A DNA stretch of 57,609 nt, taken from positions 1 through 57,609 of the forward strand of contig PFSJ01000018.1 of the NCBI GenBank assembly GCA_002789015.1, given 5' to 3'. A program made the translations under genes and the position numbers. The notes below the pieces were generated by a model, which ran no database searches, had not been told where the DNA came from, and saw only the letters and a program-made list of their open reading frames with translations. Below, piece after piece: positions 28,751-38,535 of this stretch. Origin of the DNA: a candidate division WWE3 bacterium CG_4_9_14_0_2_um_filter_35_11. GTDB lineage: Bacteria; Patescibacteriota; WWE3; 2-01-FULL-39-13. The first letter of the stretch is position 1; every line of letters starts with the position of its first letter.

Positions 28751-29461
28751 ATGACAGTTAGAAAGGCTTTATTTAGTGCATCAATCAGGAAGTTCTTTGG
28801 CAGGCCATTTGATGCTATTCATGTTCACGCTAGAACAAGTAAGTTCAATAAACTATCAAAAAATGTTATTAATCAAGACATTTCCGATTTTTTTTTGAAA
28901 AAGGAATTCTATGCTGATTCTGAATTTCAACTTTTATTAAATAAAGAAATTCTTTTTTATTATTCTGATGGAAATCAAAAAGCAGTAATTAGCCTTATTG
29001 AATCAATAAAATATCTTTCGTCTGAATACACTTTAAGAATTATAAAAAATATTCCCGAAGCAGATTTAAAAGCATTTAAGGAATTAATTGAAAACCTCAA
29101 TATCAAACACAGAGTTAGTTTTGGTTTATCCAGTGAAAATTTATCAATTCGCGATTTAGCGAAAGCATATAAAGATTCGAGATTAGTTGTATTTAATTCC
29201 ATTGGCACAAATCTGAAAATGAAAATAGTAAAAGCATTGGCATGTGGAATTCCAGTTATAGCATTTTCAAATGAAAAATATTTAGAAATTCCAGGTCTGA
29301 AGTTTACAGAATTACAGGGGCCAAAGGCACTCGCAAAGAAGATTAGAGATATCGTAGAAGATGATTTTTGGGTCGATATTGAAAGTGTTTATAATACGTA
29401 TAGCCTTGAATCACTCGCTGAGTCTCTTGATAAAAAATACCAGGGTTTGAATAATAATTGA
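28751..29461 (+). CDS. truncated GT4-like protein (N-domain largely missing); possibly degenerate
   Basis: It retains FDAIHVH (the end of a GT-B N-domain) and a C-domain-like LVVFNSIGTNLKMKIVKALACGIPVIAF. It lacks the first ~90 aa seen in the neighbouring GT4s. The start is uncertain. Confidence 0.4.
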   Translation: MTVRKALFSASIRKFFGRPFDAIHVHARTSKFNKLSKNVINQDISDFFLKKEFYADSEFQLLLNKEILFYYSDGNQKAVISLIESIKYLSSEYTLRIIKNIPEADLKAFKELIENLNIKHRVSFGLSSENLSIRDLAKAYKDSRLVVFNSIGTNLKMKIVKALACGIPVIAFSNEKYLEIPGLKFTELQGPKALAKKIRDIVEDDFWVDIESVYNTYSLESLAESLDKKYQGLNNN

Positions 29462-29482
29462 ATTACGCATTATAATGAATTT

Positions 29483-30628
29483 ATGAAGATTCTTTTGCTT
29501 TCCTCAAGATTTTTTCCTCATGTTGGTGGTGTTGAAAAAGTCATAGAGTCTTTGGCAAAAAAATTATCAAAAAATAACGATATTACTGTTCTTTCGTCTC
29601 TGGATGAAACCTCTAAAAACATTTTAAAAATCGAAACAGAAATTATTAACAAGGATTCCTATAGATTAAAAAGAATTTGGATGAATGTTCCAAGAAGTTT
29701 TTCCGGATTTTTAATTTTCCCATTTCGATTTGTAAGAGGAATATTCGGCCTTGTTCGTTTTTTGAAATCCGAAAAGCCGGATGTTATTAACTTTCATTTT
29801 CTTGATGATGTAAGCCTTTATTTATGGGCTTCAAGATTTTTCTATAAAACTCCTTTGGTTGTAAATATTCATGGTAACGATTTGCATGTATTTAGCAAAA
29901 ATTTATTTTATAGTTTTTTTATTTCTAGTTTATTAAATGGTTCGGATAAGATAATCGTCAATTCTAAATACATGATGAACGATTTATTAAATTTCTTTAA
30001 ACTTGATTCATCAAAAATTGAAATAATTCCAAATGGGATTGATCTTAAATACATTGAAGGGATTAAACCAAAAAAGTATATTAAGGAAGATTATATATTT
30101 TATGTTGGAAGGTTTGTTCGTAAAAAAGGCGTCGACATTTTGATTAGAGCATTTAGTGAAATAAAAAGCAAAGATTTGAAGTTGGTTATAGAAGGAAAAG
30201 GCGAGGAACTTAATTCAATAAAAAGTTTAATATCCGATATTAAATTATCAGATAGGGCTATTTTAGCAGGTGGAAATCTTTCCGATGAAGAAAAGTTTTC
30301 ATATATGAAAGGTGCGTTAGCTGCTGTCATTCCTTCTAGAATTGAGCCTTTTGGAATCGTTGCACTTGAATATTTATCATCCGGAGTCCCGCTAATTGCC
30401 TCAAAAACAGGTGGGCTAGTCGATTTGTTAGAAGATAAAAAAAATTGTTTATTTTTTAATAATGAGGATATAAATGATTTAACTTCTAAAATTGACACGC
30501 TGATTGATAATAAAAATTTACAAGAAAAACTTTCAGGAAATGGTTTAGAGTTAGCCAGAGAATACACTTGGGATGAGGTTTCTGACAAGTATTTAAAATT
30601 ATATAAATCAGTTTTAATTAAACCTTAA
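29483..30628 (+). CDS. GT4-family (GT-B fold, Glycos_transf_1) glycosyltransferase
   Basis: GGVEKVIESL, PDVINFHF, YVGRFVRKKGVDILI, SRIEPFGIVALEYLSSGVPLIASKTGG. Confidence 0.85.
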   Translation: MKILLLSSRFFPHVGGVEKVIESLAKKLSKNNDITVLSSLDETSKNILKIETEIINKDSYRLKRIWMNVPRSFSGFLIFPFRFVRGIFGLVRFLKSEKPDVINFHFLDDVSLYLWASRFFYKTPLVVNIHGNDLHVFSKNLFYSFFISSLLNGSDKIIVNSKYMMNDLLNFFKLDSSKIEIIPNGIDLKYIEGIKPKKYIKEDYIFYVGRFVRKKGVDILIRAFSEIKSKDLKLVIEGKGEELNSIKSLISDIKLSDRAILAGGNLSDEEKFSYMKGALAAVIPSRIEPFGIVALEYLSSGVPLIASKTGGLVDLLEDKKNCLFFNNEDINDLTSKIDTLIDNKNLQEKLSGNGLELAREYTWDEVSDKYLKLYKSVLIKP

Positions 30629-30630
30629 TT

Positions 30631-31911
30631 ATGAATATTGTTGTAATATCAAGGTCTACAAACGCACATTTTATATCAGGCGGAATGGAAACTCAATTAA
30701 AAAATCTACTCGAAGGTTTAGTTGACTTAGGTCATAAAGTATTTGTAATCACAACTTCTTATCCATTAGATGGTGAAATCTTTAAGGAAAACAAATTGGA
30801 AAAAATAAACGGAGTTGAATATTTTTATATCGGTGATACAACTTCTGGCCTTTTGCCCTTGTCTTTTATTGAGTTCCCGTGGAAGTTATTAGGCATTTTG
30901 GATCGTGGAAATAAAAAAGAAGGAAGTAAGAATTTTTTCGAAGAAAGTCTAAAAGTTTTTAATGAACAAAATGCAAAGAAAAAATTCGATATAATAATTT
31001 CTCAAAGTACTGGGGCATATGGCATCGCGGGGAAGACAAATCTACCAATAGTCTCAATATCGCACGGAACGATTACTAATGAGATAAAAAATAGATTAAA
31101 AACATTAAGGACCTTAAAGAATTGGTTTAGATTTCTGTTAATTGACTTGCCAAAATCGGAATTAGAATTATTAATGTCAAATCGAAAGTTTTATGAACAG
31201 GCTTCATCGATTGCTTGTGTCAGTAATATTTTAAAATCGCAATTTCTAGAGGAATATTCAGGGGATCAAAAAAAACGTATATCAAAGAAAACCACAGTTA
31301 TTTACAATGGCGTTGATTCGGATAAGTTTTCTCCATCAAAAGAAATAAACGATAAATTTAAGGTTTTGTATGTTGGAAGAGTCGATAGAGAAAAAGGAAT
31401 TGATCTGATTATAAGGGCAATGTCTGAATTGAAATCGCGTAAACTTGATATTTCAGCTGATATTATTGGTGGAGGAATCGAGGAAGCTGATTTAAAGAAT
31501 TTGGCAACGTCTCTTGATGTTTCAGATAGAGTCAAATTCTTGGGCCAAGTACAAAATGATAAATTAACTAAGTATTATAACGAAGCGAGCTTGTTTGTGT
31601 TTCCAAGTAGAAGATTAGAGGGTCAGCCTATGACGGTTGTTGAATCTTTCTGCTCTGGGCTCCCGGTAATTGCGACAAGATCTGGTGGGCTTTCAGAAAT
31701 AATTGAGGATGGCGTTAACGGAGTTTTCGTCGAATCAGAAAATTACATTGATATTGCAGATAAGGTTGAGGCGCTTTTTGTAAACAAAAAGCGCCTGATT
31801 GAAATGTCAAAAAACGCTAGGATTTCGGGCTTAGAGAAATTCAGTAAAGTTTCGATGGTGAAAAGTTATGAAAAGTTGTTAGAATCATTAAGTAATGGAA
31901 AAGGAAACTAA
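30631..31911 (+). CDS. GT4-family glycosyltransferase
   Basis: GGMETQLKNL, YVGRVDREKGIDLII, PSRRLEGQPMTVVESFCSGLPVIATRSGGLSEII. Confidence 0.85.
   Translation: MNIVVISRSTNAHFISGGMETQLKNLLEGLVDLGHKVFVITTSYPLDGEIFKENKLEKINGVEYFYIGDTTSGLLPLSFIEFPWKLLGILDRGNKKEGSKNFFEESLKVFNEQNAKKKFDIIISQSTGAYGIAGKTNLPIVSISHGTITNEIKNRLKTLRTLKNWFRFLLIDLPKSELELLMSNRKFYEQASSIACVSNILKSQFLEEYSGDQKKRISKKTTVIYNGVDSDKFSPSKEINDKFKVLYVGRVDREKGIDLIIRAMSELKSRKLDISADIIGGGIEEADLKNLATSLDVSDRVKFLGQVQNDKLTKYYNEASLFVFPSRRLEGQPMTVVESFCSGLPVIATRSGGLSEIIEDGVNGVFVESENYIDIADKVEALFVNKKRLIEMSKNARISGLEKFSKVSMVKSYEKLLESLSNGKGN
31769..31796. other. perfect 12-bp stem / 4-nt loop hairpin inside a GT4 gene
   Basis: AGGCGCTTTTTG taaa CAAAAAGCGCCT, pairs checked by hand. 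It encodes part of EALFVNKKRLI. Confidence 0.85.
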
Positions 31912-33652
31912 AAATTTTAAATTGTCGTTTCCAATTGTAATAATAATATCTTTGATTATTGTTTTTTCGATCTTTATCCGAGCACAAGGACTTTCTTATT
32001 CCGGCTTTCAAGGTGACGAAGTAAATCCAATGACATTCCTTTATGGAATGAAAGACGGACCACTTTCTTATTTGATAGAGCAAAAAAGAGCTCCAATGCA
32101 GTACATAATCAACCTGATTAATGTTTCTATTTTTGGATATCACAATGAGGGCCAAATTAGATTTCCATATTTGATATTCGGAATTCTCGCTTTCTATACA
32201 ATTTATAAACTTTCGAATAAGATTTTTGATAAGAATGTAGCCATTTTTGCGACTTTTTTTATGGCGGTTAATGGTCTTTTTATAGCATTTTCTAGAATTA
32301 CTCAATATCAATCGTTTATGTATTTTTTGATTCCTATTGCGGTTTTGCTTTTTATAAAAGCGCATGAGGCAAATTCACAAAAATTATATTTTTATTCTGG
32401 TCTTTTGATGTCTGTTGCTTTGCTTGCGCATTTTGACACTGTTTCAGTAATGCCATTTTTTGTCGTTGTATTTTTATCAGATTTGATTCGCGGATTCGAT
32501 GTAAAAATATTTAAGAAAAATTTACCTTTTGTTTTAAAATCTGGTTTTACTTTTTTTATAGCTTTTTTAATTCCAGCGGCGATCTATTACATCCCTTACT
32601 TTATGCATCCGTCGTTTTCAGATGGAACTTCCGGTTATTTAGAGGGCCGGCTTTTAGGTGGAGGTTTTATGCCAAGAACTCAAATAACTTTAAAGCTTTT
32701 GAAAATGTACATTCCGAAATTTCACCTTTACACATTATTTATTCTGGGAAGTTTAGCTCTTGTTTTTAAATCAAAAGATTTAGATATCATTAAGTTCCTC
32801 AAATTTAAATTTTCAAAAGGAATTGTTCAAAAGGTTTATTTGCTTTTAGTGTTTGCATTTGTCTTTGCTTCTGAATTTAGCATGTATCCTGTAAAACCAA
32901 GACTTTCTACACTAATGGTTTTGGGAACGTCAATTCTTATAAGTGGAATTTTAATTATTTCAAAGAAAATTGATTATAAATTTGCAGCCTTAGCAACTTG
33001 GTTTTTGGGAACTTATGCTTTTTATTTTTATGTTATGAAGGATCCAAGAACTCATGTTTATGTTTCGATTTTGCCACTTTTCATTTTAGCAGGTTATGGA
33101 TTTTGGAAGCTTATAAATATTTTGAAATCGAATTCGTTGCGATATTTGTCGATTTTTATTTTGTTGTTATCGATTTTGTATGTGTGCGGCGTTAACTGGA
33201 TGATGTTTGTAGATAAGTCTCCAGAGTATCCATGGTGGGATAAGGACTTTTTAGGAACAGCTATTTATCGAATTAAACGCGTAAGGTACGAAAAGATTGA
33301 AGGCGTTTTTGGATTTAACCAGTATCGCGGCTGGGATCAAGTCGCTGACATGTATAAAAAAGGATGTCTTGTAGGAACTTATAATTCTAACGAAAAAGAT
33401 GGTATTACATATTTTTATTTGAGGCATCATCAGGAAAAAGGTGGCCTTTGGGAATTACAGACAGAAAATGTTGATAATTTAATTGTTGTCCCAGGTCCAC
33501 ATAGTTGGGTTTATACAGGTCTTGGCGGAGTTGATGATAAGGATTTTATTTTACTTAAGAAAATTTATTCAAAATATTATTCAGATGAACCGATTTCATA
33601 TATTTATGGCTTAAAGACGCTTTATCCTGAAGGAAAATTATTATGCGAATAA
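31895..33652 (+). CDS. GT-C-fold polytopic membrane glycosyltransferase (PMT_2/ArnT-like)
   Basis: 585 aa with more than 10 TM. Acidic first-loop motif FQGDEVNP, then the RFPYLIFGILAFYTIYKLS ... FSRITQYQSF pattern typical of GT39/GT83-like enzymes. Confidence 0.7.
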   Translation: MEKETKNFKLSFPIVIIISLIIVFSIFIRAQGLSYSGFQGDEVNPMTFLYGMKDGPLSYLIEQKRAPMQYIINLINVSIFGYHNEGQIRFPYLIFGILAFYTIYKLSNKIFDKNVAIFATFFMAVNGLFIAFSRITQYQSFMYFLIPIAVLLFIKAHEANSQKLYFYSGLLMSVALLAHFDTVSVMPFFVVVFLSDLIRGFDVKIFKKNLPFVLKSGFTFFIAFLIPAAIYYIPYFMHPSFSDGTSGYLEGRLLGGGFMPRTQITLKLLKMYIPKFHLYTLFILGSLALVFKSKDLDIIKFLKFKFSKGIVQKVYLLLVFAFVFASEFSMYPVKPRLSTLMVLGTSILISGILIISKKIDYKFAALATWFLGTYAFYFYVMKDPRTHVYVSILPLFILAGYGFWKLINILKSNSLRYLSIFILLLSILYVCGVNWMMFVDKSPEYPWWDKDFLGTAIYRIKRVRYEKIEGVFGFNQYRGWDQVADMYKKGCLVGTYNSNEKDGITYFYLRHHQEKGGLWELQTENVDNLIVVPGPHSWVYTGLGGVDDKDFILLKKIYSKYYSDEPISYIYGLKTLYPEGKLLCE

Positions 33653-35214
33653 AATTACCTAGATTTCCAAACGTTGTTTTTTATTTTTTTATTTTTGGAC
33701 TTCTTTTAAGAGTTGTCGGAATTTGGTTTGGGCTTCCACTTCAGTTAAATATTGATGAACCAACCTTGGTTAGTTCTGTCTTGGATTTAAAGCAAAATAT
33801 TAATCTTGGACATTTTGAATGGCCTCATTTATATTTCTATATAAATTTGTTCTTTTACGTTATTTTTGGTGCTTTCCGGAAAATTGTTTCATTAATTATT
33901 GGAACCCCTTGGTTATACGAAAACCCAAGTCCTTATTTTTTAATCTCAAGATTTCTTTCTGCCGTATTTGGTTCACTAACTATATTTTCCGTATATTTGA
34001 TTTCAAAAGAAATCTTTTCTGAAAGAGTAGGAAAAATTTCTGCTTTAGTTTTAGCCGTTTTGCCAGTTGCTGTTTATGAAGCACATTTGGCGAAGATGGA
34101 TACAGCAAATACTTTTTTTACATCAGTTGCCGTTTATTTTATATGGCAGGTTCATAAAAAAGGCGATTTAAAAGCCTTTATATATTCAGGCATTTTAATT
34201 GGACTTTCAACTTCTATAAAATATAATGGGGCATTATTGTTTTTGCCTTTACTTATTGCTTACTTACTTCGGAGTGAAAAATACTCAAAAATATTTAGTA
34301 TTCAGACTTTGAAGAAGTTTTTGTATTCTGGGATTTCTTCAATTATAGCTTTTTTGATAGGTACTCCATTTGCAATTATTGATTACAAGAAGTTTTTTTC
34401 TACAGAAAGAAATGTCGGTGCTCTGTGGCAATTTCAAAATGTTGGACAAGTTGAGTGGATAAATTTCCCAAATGAAATCTATAACACATTTATTTTAATG
34501 TATAGACAACAGCTGGGATTATTTCTTTGGCTTATTTTTTTAATTCTTATTATCTTGTTTTTATTTTTCAACAAAAGATCAAAGGAATATGTTTTTTTAA
34601 TGTTTCCTGCGATTTTCTTTTCGCTTTATATAAGTCGATTTGACAGGTCTCCAGGTCACTATTTTTTATTTTTGATACCGTTTTATGTCCCTGCTTTGTC
34701 AGGATTTATTGTGGAAATTTATGATTTTATGCAATTAAAATTTAAGAATGTTGTCACGAATAAATTGAACCTATATACATTTGTTACGTTAATTTTATTG
34801 ACATCAATATATCCTATTTTACAGTCAGACTTTTTGCTTTCAAAAAAGGATACAAGAAATTCTGCATATGAGTGGGTGCAATCAAACCTAAATCAGGATG
34901 TGGATTTTCTTTATGTTGTGGGTGAGGAGTTGAAATCTATTCCATTTCAGAAAAATAATACTGAAAAAATTAAAAAGCTTGATAGAAGTTTGATAAAAGT
35001 TCCAGCGCCATTTTATATAGTCATCGGAGTGGAGGGTATTATAAAAGAGGACCTTTTAGGTGGCGATCGGGACCCTGATTCATTAAGCGGAAATTCAGGT
35101 CCAATCTTAAGTGATGCAACGTTAGAATTTTACGCAGATAATAAAGATAGACTTGGTCCGCCGATTTATATATTCAAGGTTAATTCAGTGGAGCCAGAAG
35201 CTGCTGAAGATTAG
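33643..35214 (+). CDS. GT-C-fold membrane glycosyltransferase (PMT_2/ArnT-like); paralog of 44275..45717
   Basis: First-loop NIDEPTLV, HFEWPHLYFYINLFFY, SRFLSAVFGSLTIFSVYLISKE, GLSTSIKYNGALLF. 523 aa. Confidence 0.72.
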   Translation: MRIKLPRFPNVVFYFFIFGLLLRVVGIWFGLPLQLNIDEPTLVSSVLDLKQNINLGHFEWPHLYFYINLFFYVIFGAFRKIVSLIIGTPWLYENPSPYFLISRFLSAVFGSLTIFSVYLISKEIFSERVGKISALVLAVLPVAVYEAHLAKMDTANTFFTSVAVYFIWQVHKKGDLKAFIYSGILIGLSTSIKYNGALLFLPLLIAYLLRSEKYSKIFSIQTLKKFLYSGISSIIAFLIGTPFAIIDYKKFFSTERNVGALWQFQNVGQVEWINFPNEIYNTFILMYRQQLGLFLWLIFLILIILFLFFNKRSKEYVFLMFPAIFFSLYISRFDRSPGHYFLFLIPFYVPALSGFIVEIYDFMQLKFKNVVTNKLNLYTFVTLILLTSIYPILQSDFLLSKKDTRNSAYEWVQSNLNQDVDFLYVVGEELKSIPFQKNNTEKIKKLDRSLIKVPAPFYIVIGVEGIIKEDLLGGDRDPDSLSGNSGPILSDATLEFYADNKDRLGPPIYIFKVNSVEPEAAED

Positions 35215-35233
35215 ATCAATTCTTAAAATCTTA

Positions 35234-35272
35234 CTTTGTAATCATATGCAAGTCTTTGTAATCATATGCAAG
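35234..35272. repeat. tandem direct repeat, 2 x 19 nt (20-nt period), in a convergent intergenic gap
   Basis: CTTTGTAATCATATGCAAG occurs at 35234-35252 and again at 35254-35272. Confidence 0.9.
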
Positions 35273-35290
35273 ATTTCAGTTCCTGAAATC
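35272..35290. terminator. 8-bp stem / 3-nt loop hairpin at the convergent gene junction (candidate weak terminator)
   Basis: GATTTCAG ttc CTGAAATC, followed by TTTGT on the + strand. It overlaps the stop codon of the minus-strand GT-C gene. Confidence 0.3.
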
Positions 35291-36982
35291 TTTGTACTGA
35301 TTTGTTACGCCTTCACATTTATATAGTTTAACGATATCGTATCCAAAAGGTGCTTTGGGTCCAAAGGTTTTCAGCAAGTAACATTTGTTTGCCAATTCTG
35401 AATCAAGTACAAGGTAATCATATTCTGGCCTTGTTATTATGTAATCCGCAAAATAACCATTTTGCATTAATTTTGGATTCGCATAGGTTTTCCCTAGGAA
35501 GAATGGTGGGAATGTCCTCATTTGTTCACGGTGCGAAAGGACGACATTTCTTACTTCTGGTTTTGCATCTTTTTTATTTATATATTTTGCAGCTTGTGCA
35601 TAGAATTCGCCTCTATTTTTAATCGGTAATCCAAAATATTCAAGCCCCTTTGGACCGCCGATTAATTCGGAATGATAGAAAGAATAGACTGGATGATATT
35701 TATATGCTGTTAATATATAAAAGAACACGAATACTCCTGAAACAAAATATTTTATGAATTTTTTTGATACGTAGCATTTATACCAAAATAAAGCTACTAA
35801 AACTGACATCGGAGGATATAAATTTATTAGGTATCTGTCTTTTATTTTTTCTGGGATTGAAAGTATTGCAATATTAAATACAATAAAAAAAAGTGTCCAC
35901 GATAAAATTTGTGTGTAGTTTTTATATTTTGAATTGCTGAAATTTTTAAGTGTTAATATAATTCCTCCAATTAGCCCTAAAAAGAATGTAGGTAAACTTC
36001 TTATTAATATAGTTTCTGGATAAAACATAAATCTAATTTTTGATATCGTTTCAGCACCTGAACTATCAAATGCAGTTTCCAATATGCCTTCAGAAATTAT
36101 TTTTTTGATTGTCCAAATAGGCGCTACCCACATTGATGGAAACAAAATATAGAATGTAAAACAAATTATGAATGTATGTAAGAAGCCAGCTCTTAAGATA
36201 TTTAAAATTGTTTGTGTGTTTAATATTTTGGCTCTATTAAATTCATAAAATATTATAATTAATGCATTAACAGGAAGTGCAATTACTGCATCTACTTTTG
36301 TAAGAGCTCCGAGTCCAAGAAGTATTGATGAAATGTAAAAATATTTTTTGTCTTTTCTTGATGTGTGGTAGTGATAAAAAAGTGCTAAGAATGATGCAAA
36401 CATGAACATAGCAGTTAGCGCAGAAAGATGTAAAAATCTACTTGTTCCTAAAAAGAATGGTTCTAAAGAAAGAACAATTGCGAAAAATATGCCAAATCTT
36501 TTATTAACTAATTTAGAAATTAAATAATATTGGAATACACCTAAACCAGAGATCATTACGACTAGGGGAAATATAGATGCAAAATTTAATCTAGGAAATT
36601 GTGAGGCCATGAATCTTGGGTTATAGTGAAATGTTTTTTCAAACGCTTTTTCGAATATGTATTTCGATGTTCCACTAGTCCAAAGCATGGTTACACCAGG
36701 ATGATATTTCTGATATGTCAGTTTATATTCACCTCGTATAATATTTTTTGTAAAATTATCCATGCGTGGATACCAGAATGAGGCGTCGTAGTTTGAAATA
36801 TCGCCTCCAAGGCCTATGACTCTTGGTATGAAAAATATAAGAAAGATCAACGTATATATAGTTTTTATATACTTGTTGTAAAGGTGTTTTATCACTGCCA
36901 CAATGTTATCATAAGCTTTAGATGCACAAAATGTACAAATATATAAATGATAATAAGCCTTTTTTCTACTTTCTTTTGTCAT
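35276..36982 (-). CDS. GT-C-fold membrane glycosyltransferase (PMT_2-like); paralog of 45683..47251
   Basis: 568 aa, multi-TM. DISNYDASFWYPRMDNF...YHPGVTMLW parallels DFINNDAFLWKSRSYEF...YHPGIPLLW in the paralog. The only minus-strand gene inside the island core. Confidence 0.68.
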   Translation of the reverse strand: MTKESRKKAYYHLYICTFCASKAYDNIVAVIKHLYNKYIKTIYTLIFLIFFIPRVIGLGGDISNYDASFWYPRMDNFTKNIIRGEYKLTYQKYHPGVTMLWTSGTSKYIFEKAFEKTFHYNPRFMASQFPRLNFASIFPLVVMISGLGVFQYYLISKLVNKRFGIFFAIVLSLEPFFLGTSRFLHLSALTAMFMFASFLALFYHYHTSRKDKKYFYISSILLGLGALTKVDAVIALPVNALIIIFYEFNRAKILNTQTILNILRAGFLHTFIICFTFYILFPSMWVAPIWTIKKIISEGILETAFDSSGAETISKIRFMFYPETILIRSLPTFFLGLIGGIILTLKNFSNSKYKNYTQILSWTLFFIVFNIAILSIPEKIKDRYLINLYPPMSVLVALFWYKCYVSKKFIKYFVSGVFVFFYILTAYKYHPVYSFYHSELIGGPKGLEYFGLPIKNRGEFYAQAAKYINKKDAKPEVRNVVLSHREQMRTFPPFFLGKTYANPKLMQNGYFADYIITRPEYDYLVLDSELANKCYLLKTFGPKAPFGYDIVKLYKCEGVTNQYKDFRN

Positions 36983-38529
36983 ATGTCTTTGTAAGAATTT
37001 TTTTAATAAACGTTAATTTTACCGAATGGGGAGATACTTTCCGAATGATACGTGGTGCAAGTTATTTGAGTAGTGGATCTTGGCCATTTGATGAAAAAAG
37101 ATTGCCATTTTATTCACTACTTTTAGTTCCTGGCATTTGGCTAAATGCTGAAGTTTTGTGGGGAAGACTACTTTCTCTTGTTTCATCTTCTGTAACACTT
37201 TTGTTTGTCTATCTATTTTATTTGAAATTCATTTCTACTAACAAGAAATTTGCATTGTTATCTGTAATTACTCTTTCCGTAACGTCTGTTTTTGCATATT
37301 GGGGTTTTCGTGTAATGGCTGATCCAATTTTTACGATGCTTATTATTTCATTCATTTATTTTTTCATGTTTTTTTATACCAGCTCTAAGGGCAAAAGTTC
37401 ATTAACATTTAAGCAGGCTGGAATTCTTTCTTTTATTTTACTCACTGTTACAATGACTCGAATTGAAGGGGCGTTCTTGGCTTTTGGTGTTGGGTTCTTT
37501 TTTCTATTCAATAAAAAGTGGCGCGATGCATTTATTTTTTTTGTCCCACAATCACTGATACATGTGCCGTGGATGATTTACACGAAGTTTATATATTCTG
37601 GGAATATTCAGAATGATTACTTCGAAGAACTCAGGGGCTTTATTTTTGACATAAAGCGTTTTGAATATTTCTTTTCTTATACAACATTTGTGTTGGTTGT
37701 CCCATGTCTAATAGTTTTTTTATTATTTGGAATTTCATATTGGAAAAAAAATAAACTTTTTGGATCAAGTTTATGGATGCCACTTTTAACTTTTCTACTT
37801 CTTGAGATAGCGATTGGTTTTATTTGGACTCCTTCTTTGCCAAGAATTTATATGCCAATAATTCCATTCGTTGTGATGTTGTCGGTTTTTGGTATAGAAA
37901 AAATAGATTTATCCAAACATAAGATTTTATTTGTTGCTTTGAATTTAGTTTCATTGGGACTATTTATCTATCTGCAGTCTTCCCAGAAATTATATTTTCT
38001 AGGAGCTTCAAAATTATTGTTTATTAGTATTATCGGCTTTTCCATATTGATTTCAGTTTCTGCGTTTTTTTCTAAGTATTTTCATAGAATAATTTTTAGT
38101 TCAATTATTATTTCAAGCACTTTGATTTCAGGTATTGTTATATACAATCAAAAAGATGTATACAAAACCGTAAAGCAGGGAATTGATTTTATAATCGCTG
38201 ATCCAGGATTTACTGCATATTCTGATGAGACCGGAAATACGGAATGGTATTTAAAAGATAATTCTGTCTATCTTCCGCAAAATATACAAATGAATGGTGA
38301 AGTTCAATATCGAGTATTGAAAAAATGGGATGCTAAATATTTATTATGGACAAATGAATTTAATAGAGGAAGTACATTCGTTGATCCGAAAGCAGATCCG
38401 AGATATACGCTTTTAGCTGTTTTTAAACAAGAAATCAAAGATCCTTTTGATGTATTATTGAATAGTTTGAGAATCGTAAATGATGAAAATGCTCAAGTGT
38501 TTTATACAAAGGTATATCTAGTTAATTAA
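36922..38529 (+). CDS. polytopic membrane protein, probable GT-C-type glycosyltransferase
   Basis: 535 aa with more than 10 TM. First loop FTEWGDTFRMIRGASYLSSGSWPFDEKRLPFYS, then WGFRVMADPIF. The start overlaps the divergent gene's 5' end. Confidence 0.55.
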   Translation: MHKMYKYINDNKPFFYFLLSYVFVRIFLINVNFTEWGDTFRMIRGASYLSSGSWPFDEKRLPFYSLLLVPGIWLNAEVLWGRLLSLVSSSVTLLFVYLFYLKFISTNKKFALLSVITLSVTSVFAYWGFRVMADPIFTMLIISFIYFFMFFYTSSKGKSSLTFKQAGILSFILLTVTMTRIEGAFLAFGVGFFFLFNKKWRDAFIFFVPQSLIHVPWMIYTKFIYSGNIQNDYFEELRGFIFDIKRFEYFFSYTTFVLVVPCLIVFLLFGISYWKKNKLFGSSLWMPLLTFLLLEIAIGFIWTPSLPRIYMPIIPFVVMLSVFGIEKIDLSKHKILFVALNLVSLGLFIYLQSSQKLYFLGASKLLFISIIGFSILISVSAFFSKYFHRIIFSSIIISSTLISGIVIYNQKDVYKTVKQGIDFIIADPGFTAYSDETGNTEWYLKDNSVYLPQNIQMNGEVQYRVLKKWDAKYLLWTNEFNRGSTFVDPKADPRYTLLAVFKQEIKDPFDVLLNSLRIVNDENAQVFYTKVYLVN

Positions 38530-38535
38530 AATTTA

